Shown: positions 38,801 through 52,006 of the stretch, piece after piece | Layout: each line of letters begins with the position of its first letter | How positions within the stretch are numbered: the stretch's first letter is position 1 | Assembly: GCA_051530055.1 (NCBI GenBank) | Contig: CM121343.1 | Location: 7,318,044-7,382,043, forward strand | Length of the DNA stretch: 64,000 nucleotides | Reading direction: 5' to 3' | Source: Neoechinorhynchus agilis | Taxonomy: Eukaryota; Animalia; Acanthocephala | Translations under genes and position numbers: made by a program | Notes under the pieces: generated by a model | The model's input: only the letters and a program-made list of their open reading frames with translations | Told to the model about the DNA's origin: nothing | Databases searched by the model: none

Positions 38801-41800
38801 TCAGTACGGGTGGAAATGGTTGGCGCGATGTCTATTCGGCTATGACTATTCAGTCGGGGGATGTACGTTCGGGTGGGAATGGTAAAAGGGATCTCCGTTC
38901 GAGTTTGACTTTCCAGTCGGGGGATGTCCATTCGGGTGGGACTATCAAGTCGGTGATGTCCGTTCGGGTGGGAACTATCCAGTCGGAGGATGTCAGTACG
39001 GGTGGTAATCGTTGGCGCGATGTCTATTTGGCTATGACTATCCAGTCGGGGGATGTACGTTCGGGTGGGAATGGTAAAAGGGATCTCCGTTCGAGTTTGA
39101 CTTTCCAGTCGGGGGATGTCAATTCGGGTGGGACTATCAAGTCAGGTGATGTCCGTTCGGGTGGGAACTATCCAGTCGGAGGATGTCAGTACGGGTGGAA
39201 ATGGTTGGCGCGATGTCTATTCGGCTATGACTATTCAGTCGGGGGATGTACGTTCGGGTGGGAATGGTAAAAGGGATCTCCGTTCGAGTTTGACTTTCCA
39301 GTCGGGGGATGTCCATTCGGGTGGGACTATCAAGTCAGGTGATGTCCGTTCGGGTGGGAACTATCCAGTCGGAGGATGTCAGTACGGGTGGTAATCGTTG
39401 GCGCGATGTCTATTCGGCTATGACTATCCAGTCGGGGGATGTACGTTCGGGTGGGAATGGTAAAAGGGATCTCCGTTCGAGTTTGACTTTCCAGTCGGGG
39501 GATGTCCATTCGGGTGGGACTATCAAGTCAGGTGATGTCCGCTCGGGTGGGAACTATCCAGTCGGAGGATGTCAGTACGGGTGGAAATGGTTGGCGCGAT
39601 GTCTATTCGGCTATGACTATTCAGTCGGGGGATGTACGTTCGGGTGGGAACTATCAACAGGGATGTCCGTTCGGGATAGTACGGTGGAATGTTGGCGCGA
39701 TGTCTATTCGGCTATGACTATTAAGTCGGATGTTTCGAGTTTGACTTTCCAGTCGGGGGATGTCCATTCGGGTGGGACTATCAAGTCAGGTGATGTCCGT
39801 TCGGGTGGGAACTATCCAGTCGGAGGATGTCAGTACGGGTGGTAATCGTTGGCGCGATGTCTATTCGGCTATGACTATCCAGTCGGGGGATGTACGTTCG
39901 GGTGGGAATGGTAAAAGGGATCTCCGTTCGAGTTTGACTTTCCAGTCGGGGGATGTCCATTCGGGTGGGAACTATCAAGTCAGGTGATGTCCGCTCGGGT
40001 GGGAACTATCCAGTCGGAGGATGTCAGTACGGGTGGAAATGGTTGGCGCGATGTCTATTCGGCTATGACTATTCAGTCGGGGGATGTACGTTCGGGTGGG
40101 AATGGTAAAAGGGATCTCCGTTCGGGTTTGACTTTCCAGTCGGGGGATGTCCATTCGGGTGGGACTATCAAGTCAGGTGATGTCCGCTCGGGTGGGAACT
40201 ATCCAGTCGGAGGATGTCAGTACGGGTGGAAATGGTTGGCGCGATGTCTATTCGGCTATGACTATTCAGTCGGGGGATGTACGTTCGGGTGGGAATGGTA
40301 AAAGGGATCTCCGTTCGGGTTTGACTTTCCAGTCGGGGGATGTCCATTCGGGTGGGACTATCAAGTCAGGTGATTTCCGCTCGGGTGGGAACTATCCAGT
40401 CGGAGGATGTCAGTACGGGTGGAAATGGTTGGCGCGATGTCTATTCGGCTATGACTATTCAGTCGGGGGATGTACGTTCGGGTGGGAATGGTAAAAGGGA
40501 TCTCCGTTCGGGTTTGACTTTCCAGTCGGGGGATGTCCATTCGGGTGGGAACTATCAAGTCAGGTGATGTCCGTTCGGGTGGGAACTATCCAGTCGGAAG
40601 ATGTCAGTACGGGTGGAAATGGTTGGCGCGATGTCTATTCGGCTATGACTATTAAGTCGGGGGATGTACGTTCGGGTGGGAATGGTAAAAGGGATCTCCG
40701 TTCGAGTTTGACTTTCCAGTCAGGGGATGTCCATTCGGATGGGAACTATCAAGTCAGGTGATGTCCGTTCGGGTGGGAACTATCCAGTCGGAAGATGTCA
40801 GTACGGGTGGAAATGGTTGGCGCGATGTCTATTCGGCTATGACTATTAAGTCGGGGGATGTACGTTCGGGTGGAAATGGTAAAAGGGATCTCCGTTCGAG
40901 TTTGACTTTCCAGTCGGGGGATGTCCATTCGGATGGGAACTATCAAGTCAGGTGATGTCCGTTCGGGTGGGAACTATCCAGTCGGAGGATGTCAGTACGG
41001 GTGGAAATGGTTGGCGCGATGTCTATTCGGCTATGACTATTAAGTCGGGGGATGTACGTTCGGGTGGAAATGGTAAAAGGGATCTCCGTTCGAGTTTGAC
41101 TTTCCAGTCAGGGGATGTCCATTCGGATGGGAACTATCAAGTCAGGTGATGTCCGTTCGGGTGGGAACTATCCAGTCGGAGGATGTCAGTACGGGTGGTA
41201 ATCGTTGGCGCGATGTCTATTTGGCTATGACTATTCAGTCGGGGGATGTACGTTCGGGTGGAAATGGTAAAAGGGATCTCCGTTCGGGTTTGACTTTCCA
41301 GTCGGGGGATGTCCATTCGGATGGGACTATCAAGCCAGGTGATGTCCGTTCGGGTGGGAACTATCCAGTCGGAGGATGTCAGTACGGGTGGTAATCGTTG
41401 GCGCGATGTCTATTCGGCTATGACTACCCAGTCGGTGGATGTACGTTCGGGTGGGAATGGTAAAAGGGATCTCCGTTCGGGTTTGACTTTCCAGTCAGTT
41501 GATGTCCGCTCGGGTGGAAACTATACAGTCGGAGGATGTCAGTACGGATGGTAATCGTTGGCGCGATGTCTATTCGGCTATGTCTATCCAGTCGGGGGAT
41601 GTACGTTCGGGTGGGAATGTTAAAAGGCATCTCCGTTCGAGTTTGACTTTCCAGTCTAGGGATGTCAATTCGGGTGCGACTATCAAGTCAGGTGATGTCC
41701 GCTCGGGTGGGAACTATCCAGTCGGAGGATGTCAGTACGGGTGGTAATCGTTGGCGCGATGTCTATTCGGCTACGACTATCCAGTCGGGGGATGTACGTT

Positions 41801-44200
41801 CGGGTGGGAATGGTAAAAGGGATCTCCGTTCGAGTTTGACTTTCCAGTAGGGGGATGTCCATTCGGGTGGGAACTATCAAGTCAGGTGATGTCCGTTCGG
41901 GTGGGAACTATCCAGTCGGAGGATGTCAGTACGGGTGGAAATGGTTGGCGCGATGTCTATTCGGCTATGACTATCCAGTCTGGGGATGTACGTTCGGGTG
42001 GGAATGGCAAAAGGGATCCCCGTTCGGGTTTGACTTTCCAGTCGAAGGATGCCCATTCGGGTGGGACGATCAAGTCAGCTGATGTCCGTTCGGGTTGGAA
42101 CTATCCAGTCGGAGGATGTCAGTACGGGTGGTAATCGTTGGCGCGATGTCTATTCGGCTATGACTATCCAGTCGGGGGATGTACGTTCGGGTGGGAATGG
42201 TAAAAGGGTTCTCCGTTCGGGTTTGACTTTCCAGTCGAAGGATGTCCATTCGGGTGGGACTATCAAGTCAGGTGACGTTCGCTCGGGTGGGAACTATCCA
42301 GTCGGAGGATGTCAGTACGGGTGGAAATGGTTGGCGCGATGTCTGTTCGAGTTGGACTATCTTGTCGGGGGATGTCCGTTCGGGTGGCAGTTGTCGAAGA
42401 AATGTCCATTCGGGTGATACTATCCAGTCGGGGGATGTCTGGACGGGTGGGAATTGTCGGAGGGATGTCTATTCGGTTTGCACTATCCAGTCGGGGGATA
42501 TCCGTTCGGGTGGGAATCGTCGGCGGGATGTCCGTTCGGGAAGGGCTTTCCAGTTGGGGGATGTCCGTTCGGGTGGGAATCGTAGGAGGATTGTCTATTC
42601 GGACGGGACTACCCAGTCGGGGGATGTCCGTCCCGATTCCAATGGTCGGCGTTGGGCTCTGATTATCCAGTTGGGGAATGTACGTTGGGGTAGGAATAGT
42701 CGAAGACATGTCCGTTCGGATATGACTTTCCAGTCGGGGGATTTCCGTTCGTGTTCGAAAGGTCGGAGAATGCCCATTCGGGTAGGAACTATCCAGTCGG
42801 GTGTTGTCCATTAAGGTTTTAATGGTCGGAGGGATGTCCGTTCGGGTTTGACTATCCAGTCGGGGGATATCCGTTCGGGTGGGAATCTTCGGCGGGATGT
42901 AGATTCGGATTAGATTATGCAGTAGGGGGATGTCCGTTCGGGCATGAATGGTCGAAGGAATGCCATTTGGGTGGCAACTATCCAGTCGGAGGATGGCCGT
43001 TCGGGTTGGAATGGTCGGAGTGATGTCTATTTGACTATGACTATCCACTCGGGGGATGTGCGTTCGGGTGTCAGTGGTCGAAGGGATGTCCGTTCGGGTT
43101 CTACTTTGCAGTCGAGGGATGTCCGTTCGGTTGGGAATGTAGTCGGGGAATGTCCGTTAAGGTTTGAATGGACCCAGGGATGTCCTTTCGGGTTGGACTA
43201 TCCAGTCGGGGGATGTCTGTAAGGTTATAATGGAACGAGGGATGTCCGTTTGGATTGGACTATCCAGTCGGCGGATGTCCGTTAGGATGGGAATGGTGGA
43301 AGGGATGTCCGTTCGGGTTTTACTTTTAAGTCGGGGATGTCCGTTCGGAAAGGAATGGTCGGAAGGATGTATATTCGGGTGGGAATATCAATTCGAGGGA
43401 CGTCCGTTCAGGTGGGAATGGTCGGAGGGATGCCAATTCTAGTGGGACTATCCAGTCGGGGTATGTAAGTACGGGTGGGATTGGTCGGAGCGATGTCCGT
43501 TCGGCTATAACTTTCCAGTCGGGGATGTCCGTTCGGGCGGGAATGGTCGGAGATATGTCTATTCGGGTTGGACTTTCCAGTCGGGGGATGTCCTTTCAAG
43601 TAGGAATGGTCGGAAGGATGTCTATTCGGGTTGGACTTTCCAGTCGGGGGATGTCGGTTCAAGTAGGAATGGTCGGAAGGATGTCTATTCGGGTGGCCGT
43701 ATCGAATCGAGGGATGGCCGTTCGGGTTGGAATGGTCAGACTATCCAGTCAAGGGGTGCTCGTTCGGATGGGAATGGCCGGAGAGGGTTCATTCGGAAGG
43801 GATTATCATGTAGGGGGATGTCATTTCGGGGTGGGAATGGTCGGAGCAATTCCCATTCGGGTGGGAACTATCAATTGGGGGGTGTCCGTTCGGGTTGAAA
43901 TGGTCGAGGGGATACCCATTCGGGTGGGACTATCCATTCCGGGTATGTCCGTTCGGGTAGGAATGGTGGGGGATACCCATTCGTGTGGGACTATACAGTC
44001 GGGGGATGCCCGGACGCGTGGGAATGGTCGGAGGGATGTCTATTCTGGTTGAACTTTCCAGTCGATGGATGTCCGTTCGGGTGGGGGCTATCCAGTCGGG
44101 AGATGTCCGGACGCGTGGGAATGGTCGGAGGGATGTCTATTCTGGTTGAACTTTTCAGTCGTTGGATGTCCGTTCGGGTGGGACTATCCAGTCGGGGATG
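35838..44200 (-). repeat. Satellite array B: ~32-bp monomers; homogeneous 193/194-bp six-monomer higher-order repeat (~35930-42350), diverged monomers to 44200
   Basis: Identical ORF calls recur every 194 bp (36827, 37021, 37215, 37409) or 193 bp (37959, 38152, 38345, 38538). Each unit has six gatgtc/gatct-initiated monomers. Confidence 0.95.
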
Positions 44201-44640
44201 TGAGCTCGGTTGCGAAATGGTGGTTATTTTTTGAAGGGGAGTTTGTAAGGTTTGCTTTTAATCAGGCTCATTTTAAGTTATGATATCCAAAAGGATTTAG
44301 CAGCGGTAGGGGAGGATGAAACGAATTAGGATTACAAGTGTTGTGCTCGTGTGAAGGGGGGATACAATGTAGTTGTAGGGTTGATAGGCGTTTTGTTTGT
44401 TTTAAGAAAATAGTATCAAGGCTTTCGGTGAGAGGATGAAAGTCAGCTGTGCAAATTTTAGATGCTCTTTTATGAAACATTTTACGGCGACGGAGTTGAG
44501 GTTTTGAAATGTTGCAAAATACGGAATAACCGTAGATGATGGAAAGTAAAATAAAGCTGAAATTTGTAGAGATGGGGTGAAGGGATTCTTTAATGTTGGC
44601 CCAGAATTCTTTGGGAGGTTACTCGTAGGATATCATTTAG
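44200..44640 (-). mobile_element. 5'-truncated LINE copy (ORF2 C-terminus) abutting array B
   Basis: ESLDTIFLKQTKRLSTL...HEHNTCNPNSFHPPLP...GYHNLK, homologous to 3074-3349. Confidence 0.8.
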
Positions 44641-45239
44641 GACCGAGTGACGGAGTCAACTCGAAGCATTTTGTTTCGAAGCGTTTGAAATATAATACTC
44701 ATTGATTTTTCGTCGATGAATATGATTAGAAGTCTAATATTTAAATTTTTAAATACGTTATGCCAGTCGGGTTCAATCATCGATTTGTTTGTTACTAAAA
44801 GAACCTTATAAAACTCTTTGCCTGGAAGATTTCTTTTTATTTCATGTTTTGCAAAAGTGCCATCAAATAAATGCAACCGGCAATGTGAAATGAACGTAAG
44901 TTGATTTTGGATTTAATGTTTGTCATTTGAAATTGCTTATCGAAATCATGGATTCCATTGATATATCACAGTTGAAGATTTGCGCTACATTTGTTACAAT
45001 TTCCCTAGCAAGACTAATAGAATTATTGGCGTTTCAAGATTCCTCTTCCATTATAAGTTTTGTTCTTTTGGTAGTTTTGCCACCCCAAATTTCAATTTGC
45101 TAATTTATTTCCAAGTCGCCTACCATCCCAACAAATGATAAAGAAGCGTGTTGAGGATTAGACACATTCCGGCGTCATATAAAATATCTGCAAAAGTTTC
45201 CCTGTTTCTGGGAGTCCATAAAATATGCTCAAGTTACAG

Positions 45240-45450
45240 GTTACGACAGGTCTAAATACGTTTGATTACTGCAGCTCTGAGGGCAATTAGCTATCCTGAA
45301 TCGGCGATAAGAAGAATTTTCCACAAAGCCAAGAACATTGCAAATAGACACGAGAAAATAATCATGACATGCACTGAGAATAACGAAATTCAATCGAACC
45401 TAAGACGGGATTTGCGAAGCCAAAATATGAGCAGCTTCAAGTAGTATATG
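45240..45450 (+). mobile_element. Possible Penelope-like element remnant (post-RT linker)
   Basis: LRAISYPESAIRRIFHKAK resembles the GYP.S.I.R motif after PLE reverse transcriptases. Short match only. Confidence 0.3.
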
Positions 45451-46859
45451 AGATCCACTGCAAAGACTGCTCAGCCAAATATGTGGGGCGGACCAAACAG
45501 GGACTCAATAAAAGGATCTTACAGCCTAGATATTCATGTAGGCGTTATGACTCTTCCTCAGCTCTTTAAAATCACGTGGTGAATTGCGGACATCAAATTG
45601 ATCTGGATGGCGCGAATGTGTGATAAGCGTACAACCATATTTACGAAATCGGTTGATAATGGAAGTCATCGAAATGGGCTGCTCAGTCCAACCGATGGAA
45701 GATAATAAAGTCAGCATCAGTTTAAAACTGCCGTTGGAAACAAAATGGTGCTCTAGCTCAGAGGTTCTAGTGGACAATGAGTCCAGGAAGAGGTATTTGA
45801 CCCACCCGTTGCCCGACAATATCCAGTCTACGGGATAACAGTATAATGTTTGTATTTTAGATGACAAACCTTGAGGAGATTTCGGAATTATCCAGCGAAA
45901 TTTCTTCAATAAATCTATTAATTTAAATCCGGGGTGTTATAACTTCCAATAAAAAATACCTTTTCCCCCGAAGACAACAATCCAAGACATTTAAGTTTTG
46001 TCTACGATTCCCACCAAATTCCAATAGGATCAACGTTTGTAAAGATGCGCTCGATCGACTGGATTTACGGCAAAATTCTAGAATATCCGAGTGTTTTTGT
46101 CGTTTTTAACGAAGTTAACATGGGTCGTTGCACGCTTGAGAAACGCTGACTCACGACAGCAGTTGGGCGTCTTCTTATGTAGCTCACTTTATAATCCGTA
46201 ATTTCGTATGAGTGTGTTTCTCATTTGATCGGAATTAATCATCTTGTAAAGTTTTTAGTTGTGAATCTGATATTCAGCCACGAAATCTTTTGAAGCCTTG
46301 CCATATATTTTGTAGTGTAGAATTAAGAAAAAGAACGATGTGCGGCGGGATGTGTAATCCACCCTCCATTCGGAGGTAAGAGCACATACAAACTCTAAGA
46401 GCGGAAAAACGAGTTGTAAGCGTACAGGTCATTTTCGACACACTCACACACTCACACATTATCCTTTATTTGTTCGTCTAACAGTGAGCAGTTTTCGACT
46501 AATAGAAACCACTTCACTCGCAAATAGAAGGTCACATACTTAAAACTAGGTGAAATGCTTTTCAATTTTGGCTTCTTCAGCCCGGTTCTCCGATCAGACG
46601 ACTGCGCGGGACGAGGATAATGGCGCCGGATAATGTTTGTGGGTGAAACATCACATTTACTGGCAAGCAACAAATCAAACACTGATAGATACGTCCGAGC
46701 CGAGTGGATATTCTCAATTGTACTTATAATCGGATTTATTTGCTTCTCATCCGCAATTGTATATCTAAAAACGCAAAAAACATTTGTTCACGGTATGAGA
46801 AACCGATAGAAAATCTGCCTTACCTTTCACTTAAAATGCCTGTCTTAGCTTAGATAAAG

Positions 46860-49217
46860 ACTGCTTGGAATCAGTGGATAAAACGTCTTTTGAAAGCAAA
46901 CAGGCTGATGTGTTTACACGCGAAGCAGTGGTCACCGAAAACGATCATTGCTCAAAAATCGGAAAGTACTGATTTGCAGCTTCGTAAAAATTCTTTATAT
47001 TTCGCTCTACTGTACCAATAGTCGTTTCGTGGGACTAGCATCTCATCTAGTAGCTGGATTTTTATTTTCTGTGCTTTGGGTAGCCGTTTAAGCCTTCTCG
47101 TCAAATATCTGAATATTGATTAACAATAAAAAAAAGTGATTTGTATTTGCACCATTCTTTTACACTTACCATCAAAATGATATTTCTTTACATGTCTGAA
47201 ATATGATAATTCGTCGCAAATCTCAACTACAAATAGTTTGTTTCATTTTCTCTCTCGTGAAAATAGTTTGATTTTATCCAAAGGCGGGTCCGCAGTTGAT
47301 GCAGCAATAGCCGCATCCCTTTGTCTGGGGGTTGTTTCCATGCACGGAGCTGGCATCGGAGGAGGATCATTTATGTTGGTTCATGACAGGTATGACCGTT
47401 CAGCGAGGATTGTCCTTACTTTGGTTTGTAGGGAAAATAAAAAGAATGTGGTCATCGACTCACGTGAAACAGCACCACTGTTATCGAACACTCGAATGTT
47501 TGATCACGGTTACAAGCATTCTATTATGGGTGGTTTATCGATCGCTGTTCCTGGAGAAATAGCTGGATATTGGGATGCACATCAACAATTCGGAGTATTA
47601 CCATGGAGGGAACTTTTTCAGCCAACGATTGACTTATGCTTGAACGGATTTGAAGTGTCCAGAACATTAGCCGTCAATGTAAAATTGGAGAAAAATAATA
47701 TCCTCAAGAACGACGAATTAAAGTTCGCATTATAAGCTACTGGAGATTTCGAAAAAAATGACACTTTAGACGTCTATTTGCGTGCAATCGTACGAATTTT
47801 GACTTAATTGGCGAAGGCGATTACATGAAAAATGATAAGTTAGCGAAAACATTGAAGATAATAGCCCGGGAAGGACCGAGTGCGTTTTATAATGGAAGTT
47901 TGAGCGATCACATTGTAAGCGAGATACAATTAGCAGGTATATTCGAATGCATTGGTTCACCACCCTAAAGTTTTTCAATCAGGCGGCGTTATCACACAGG
48001 AAGATTTATTGACTTATAGAGTGAGGCGACGATCCCCGCTGGTTTTTAAACTAAGGGGAAATCTTACTTTGATCACTGTTCCACCTCCAGCAGGTGGATC
48101 TATTCTTGGATTTGTACTTAAGGCTATGCAAGGTAAGCTGTCTGAAATGTGGGTGAAAGTTTATATTTGAAGATATTTCAGATTACACTTTAACGGAAGA
48201 GGAGCTTTCGTTGCCTTACGCAGTTGGAACATTTTATCATCGATTAGCAGAGTCAATGAAATTCGCATTCTCGAGAAAGGAAAGATTGGCTGATCCCGAT
48301 TTTAGTGCACAAACAACGGTTAGATTATTTTTCTTCTTTTAAAAACGTTTTATATTATTAGGATTGTCGGGATATATTATCAGAGTTGTTCTTAAGTTAT
48401 GCAGTGGCAAAGATTGATGAGGAGCAAACTTATCCCATTCATTATTACGGCCTGCTTCCTTGGTCAGATGAACATGTAACCTTAGAAGGCGGTACGGCCC
48501 ATCTAAACATTCTAACGGATTCTTATGCGGTTTCAATGACCACTTCAATCAACAATGGGTAAGCTCCTCCTGTTATAATCGGAATTATATTGTAGTTGGA
48601 CATGGTTTAGATTCGGTTCGAAGGTAGTTGGCAAGCGTACTGGAATTATTTATAACAATCATATGCACGAATTCTGGACTGACTTCAAGACATGCTCTTC
48701 CAATCTCATTCACCCCCAACGCAGACCGATATCTTTTATTAGCCCCGCAATTGTACTCAGCCCCGAATCCGAAGTTGAACTTATCATTGGAGGCGCGGGC
48801 GGTGCATTTATACCGGCCGCAATAGCACAGGTAATCGCATTTATCGAAGAAACACTTTAATTAGCGATGATTTTGGTGACAGGTAGTAATAAGGCTACTT
48901 TGGTTCAAGGATTCATTGAAGCATGCAATCGACAGCCGAAGATTTGCTCATTTGTTGATGCCAGATATGCTCATGTGTGAGCGTGGATACGATCAGGTCA
49001 GTGATTCGTGAACACTAAAGTTCCGTTTATCCACAAGGATCCTTAGAAACTGCTCGCAGTACTGGCCGAGAAAGGGCATCGTATATATTGCTTTGATTCT
49101 TACCTGAGTGGAGTGTATACTGCTGTACAGGCGATTCAGGTGACTCGGGATAACAATGATCAAAAAGTGATTGCCTATAGCGATCCAAGGAAAGGTGGAA
49201 GCTGTAGGGGCACCTGA
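46860..49217 (+). CDS. GGT: Gamma-glutamyltranspeptidase family protein, multi-exon; 5' exons not resolved
   Basis: KGGSAVDAAIAASLCLGVVSMHGAGIGGGSF, IDSRETAP, SIAVPGEIAG, GGTAHL (nucleophile Thr), GGAGG, SDPRKGG. About nine GT-AG introns, mostly 40-55 nt. Confidence 0.9.
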
Positions 49218-49354
49218 AGAAGGAATCACTCGTTTAGAATTCCTTGTAAGATTCTGTAAATAAATCACACTAGAAGCAAAGTTCGACCTTGCAGAAACAC
49301 ACTTTTAGATATACATGTTTCAGATTTGAATTTCAAAAAATAGTGATCTAAAAT

Positions 49355-49590
49355 TTGTGCAGTCGAGAATACCTTTATAAGATTTTCATCAAAGAATCCA
49401 AACGCCTCTTAAGCCTACAACCACAATATTTCCCACTTTTCACACCTCCGCTCCTTATTCCTTGCGTCCCATATCTTCTCGGATATCATAATCCCGAAAT
49501 GAACCTGAGGAAAGACCCGACCTCACAAACTCTCCTTCACCCGAACGGACATACCGAACTCGTAATCCACTCCAAAATCAACAGCCACTT
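49355..49590 (+). mobile_element. 5'-truncated LINE 3' fragment with a single monomer-like motif
   Basis: gaatacctttataagattttcatcaaa...gaacctgaggaaagacccgacctcacaaact..cacccgaacggacat..cgtaatccactccaaaatc. Confidence 0.7.
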
Positions 49591-49820
49591 TCGTTTACCG
49601 CTATCATTTGCTTCTTTGAACGGATTTTTTTGGTGGTGAGTGACTCAATGGTGCCATAAAAACCGGTAATGTGATACAGATTTTTATAGCTACCACCAAA
49701 TAAGCGATAGTCAAATGAACATCAATTGATTATGATTCGTTTAGTTGTAAGATGACCGTTTTGAGAAAATTAGCAGAATTTTCAAAGTTTTGTACATGAT
49801 TTTCCTAGTTTTATTTCTAT

Positions 49821-50894
49821 TTACGTTTCCACATTTCGATCCATCAGATATTCATTCAATTGATCGACTTTTACAATAACAGATTTCAATATCATCGGAT
49901 CGATGACGTTTGATGTTTGGTTATGTAGAGCGATTAGTAGACGTTGGATAAACTTTGGTCGAAGAACGCATTTCTTCACGATGTTTCGATCGATTGAAAT
50001 CAATCCAACGGCTGCACCAAATATTTGACCTAGAAACATTATTGGTCTCTGAAGAACGGTCGTATAGACAATGGCGAGGTTTGTGTGAATCTCAATCGGC
50101 GCTGAGGCGTAATGCGCACAACGAATCCTCTCAATTATCTTTACTGCATACTCTCTGATTGAAAGATCCAGCCTTTGAGAAGCAGAGTTAAGTCCTCGAA
50201 GACGAATATAAGAGCTCTCGCCGACGGTTATGTTAGCTAATTCTTTTATTAAAGGAACGCATGCACTTGTAAAATCACAATGCTCGTTGTAACAAAAATG
50301 AGTGAGTGCGCGCAATAGCACCATTAGATTTTTGAACATTCCTTTTGCCCATTGAACTCTTATTTGAACGCAAAACCACATACTCAACTCGTACTCCATT
50401 TCGGACATATTTTGGTCCTGTAAAAGGTACCTAAAGGCAAGATCTTTGGATCGTTGGTCGCTCGAAGACTCCATAAGTACTTTAGTGATGAAATGATATC
50501 TACTTGCTGAACTTAAATTGAGTTCACAAGATGGACTTGTAAAGCAAGTTGTTTTCACTTTAATTTCGTACAGACCGCATGATTCACGGACCGTACTGCA
50601 TTCTACTTCAAGTTTTCTTTTCTTTTTCATCTCCCGCAACTCTCTTATTGAACGTGGAACCGAATCATTGAGTGTTAGCTTCGGAACACGATTTACAATC
50701 CTGTTATTGAAATCTTTTCCAAACACAGATCGACTGCGTTGTTCGTCAACAGGACGATTTAATGGCACAGCGGCGTTGGGACTATCCAGCATGAGCTGAG
50801 ACCTCGCCAAGGAAACAATTCGCTTTTTCACCAAATCAAGGATCGAAGCGTCCTGTTCAGCAGCAGCATCAGGACGAAGCGAAGAATCCTTCAT
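49821..50894 (-). CDS. TAF6/TAF6L-like protein (C-terminal HEAT domain), strongly diverged
   Basis: ELNLSSASRYHFITKVLM~ELSVEQQLYYKEIT; IREYAVKIIERI~LRDFAARLVAQI; FGAAVGLISIDRNIVKKCVLRP~[21 protein letters not shown] (TAF6 sequence recalled). Confidence 0.65.
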   Translation of the reverse strand: MKDSSLRPDAAAEQDASILDLVKKRIVSLARSQLMLDSPNAAVPLNRPVDEQRSRSVFGKDFNNRIVNRVPKLTLNDSVPRSIRELREMKKKRKLEVECSTVRESCGLYEIKVKTTCFTSPSCELNLSSASRYHFITKVLMESSSDQRSKDLAFRYLLQDQNMSEMEYELSMWFCVQIRVQWAKGMFKNLMVLLRALTHFCYNEHCDFTSACVPLIKELANITVGESSYIRLRGLNSASQRLDLSIREYAVKIIERIRCAHYASAPIEIHTNLAIVYTTVLQRPIMFLGQIFGAAVGLISIDRNIVKKCVLRPKFIQRLLIALHNQTSNVIDPMILKSVIVKVDQLNEYLMDRNVET

Positions 50895-51280
50895 CTAAAA
50901 ATATTGAGAAAATAGTAACGAACAATATTTGTCTAGCGCCTTTTACGAACTTCATAACACAAAGATTTTGTCATGTAAACTCGATTAAAGGATAACATTG
51001 CCGAATCCCACATTGAGTCAGGCAGCGTTCAGGAAAAATTACCAATTGAACACAATTTCACAAGCAATTTTATTTGTTTATTGGTAGCATTACCTTCTCA
51101 AGAATTTGCTTTTGTACAAAAAATCTGCGCCATTACCCGATCAACCATTTATCGAATATTGAACAATTCATCAACATCTTCGTGGAATATCATCATGCAG
51201 TTATTTTAGTAAGACATTTAGAATTACCCACTATCACGTTAAGAAGTCACTTAGGCTTCCTCATCGGGATCCAAAAGTTC

Positions 51281-52003
51281 CCGTAAGTCGAACATTACGA
51301 AGCTCGATTATCTCAGATCTCTCAAAGAAAAACGAAATCTTTAAAGATGCGTTTTATTAACCCCATCAAAAGTCATTTTATATAAAATGCCGTTTAGATA
51401 ACTCGAGAGAGTCAATCGGAAGCTACAAAAATTAAGCAAAACGTCTAACAATCTTTGCCGTAGTCAAAAGCGTAAAGAAAACTTAAAAATTCGAAATAAA
51501 GACTGATATAAATTGTTTTTCCGTAAGTCGCACATTACGAAGCTCGATTATCTCAGATCTCTCAAAGAAAAACGAAATCCTTAAAGATGCGTTTTATTAA
51601 CCCCATCAAAAGTCATTTTATATAAAATGCCGTTTAGATAACTCGAGGGGGTCAATCGGAAGCTACAAAAATTAAGCAAAACGCCTAACAATCTTTGCCG
51701 TAGTCAAAAGCTTAAAGAAAACCTAAAAATTCGAAATAAAGACTGATATAAATTGTTTTTCCGTAAGTCGCACATTACGAAGCTCGATTATCTCAGATCT
51801 CTCAAAGAAAAACGAAATCCTTAAAGATGCGTTTTATTAACCCCATCAAAAGTCATTTTATATAAATTGCCGTTTAGATAACTCGAGGGAGTCAATCTGA
51901 AGCTACAAAAATTAAGTAAAACGTCTAACAATCTTTGCCGTAGTCAAAAGCGTAAAGAAAACCTAAAAATTCGAAATAAAGACTGATATAAATTGTTTTT
52001 CCG
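51281..52003. repeat. Three tandem copies of a 240-bp unit
   Basis: ccgtaagtcg starts at 51281, 51521 and 51761. Copies are near-identical. Confidence 0.95.
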
Positions 52004-52006
52004 CCA

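Noticed and set aside
35930-42350. CRISPR-like appearance (~32-bp periodicity)
   Set aside because: No unique spacers, since the intervening sequences repeat too. The context is eukaryotic and there are no cas genes.
35846-44283. Repeated 65-115-aa ORFs in satellite B
   Set aside because: The 193/194-bp period is not a multiple of 3 and the frames shift between copies; no coding signal.
45526-45909. 127-codon minus-strand ORF
   Set aside because: No recognisable motif or supported exon structure; cannot be called.
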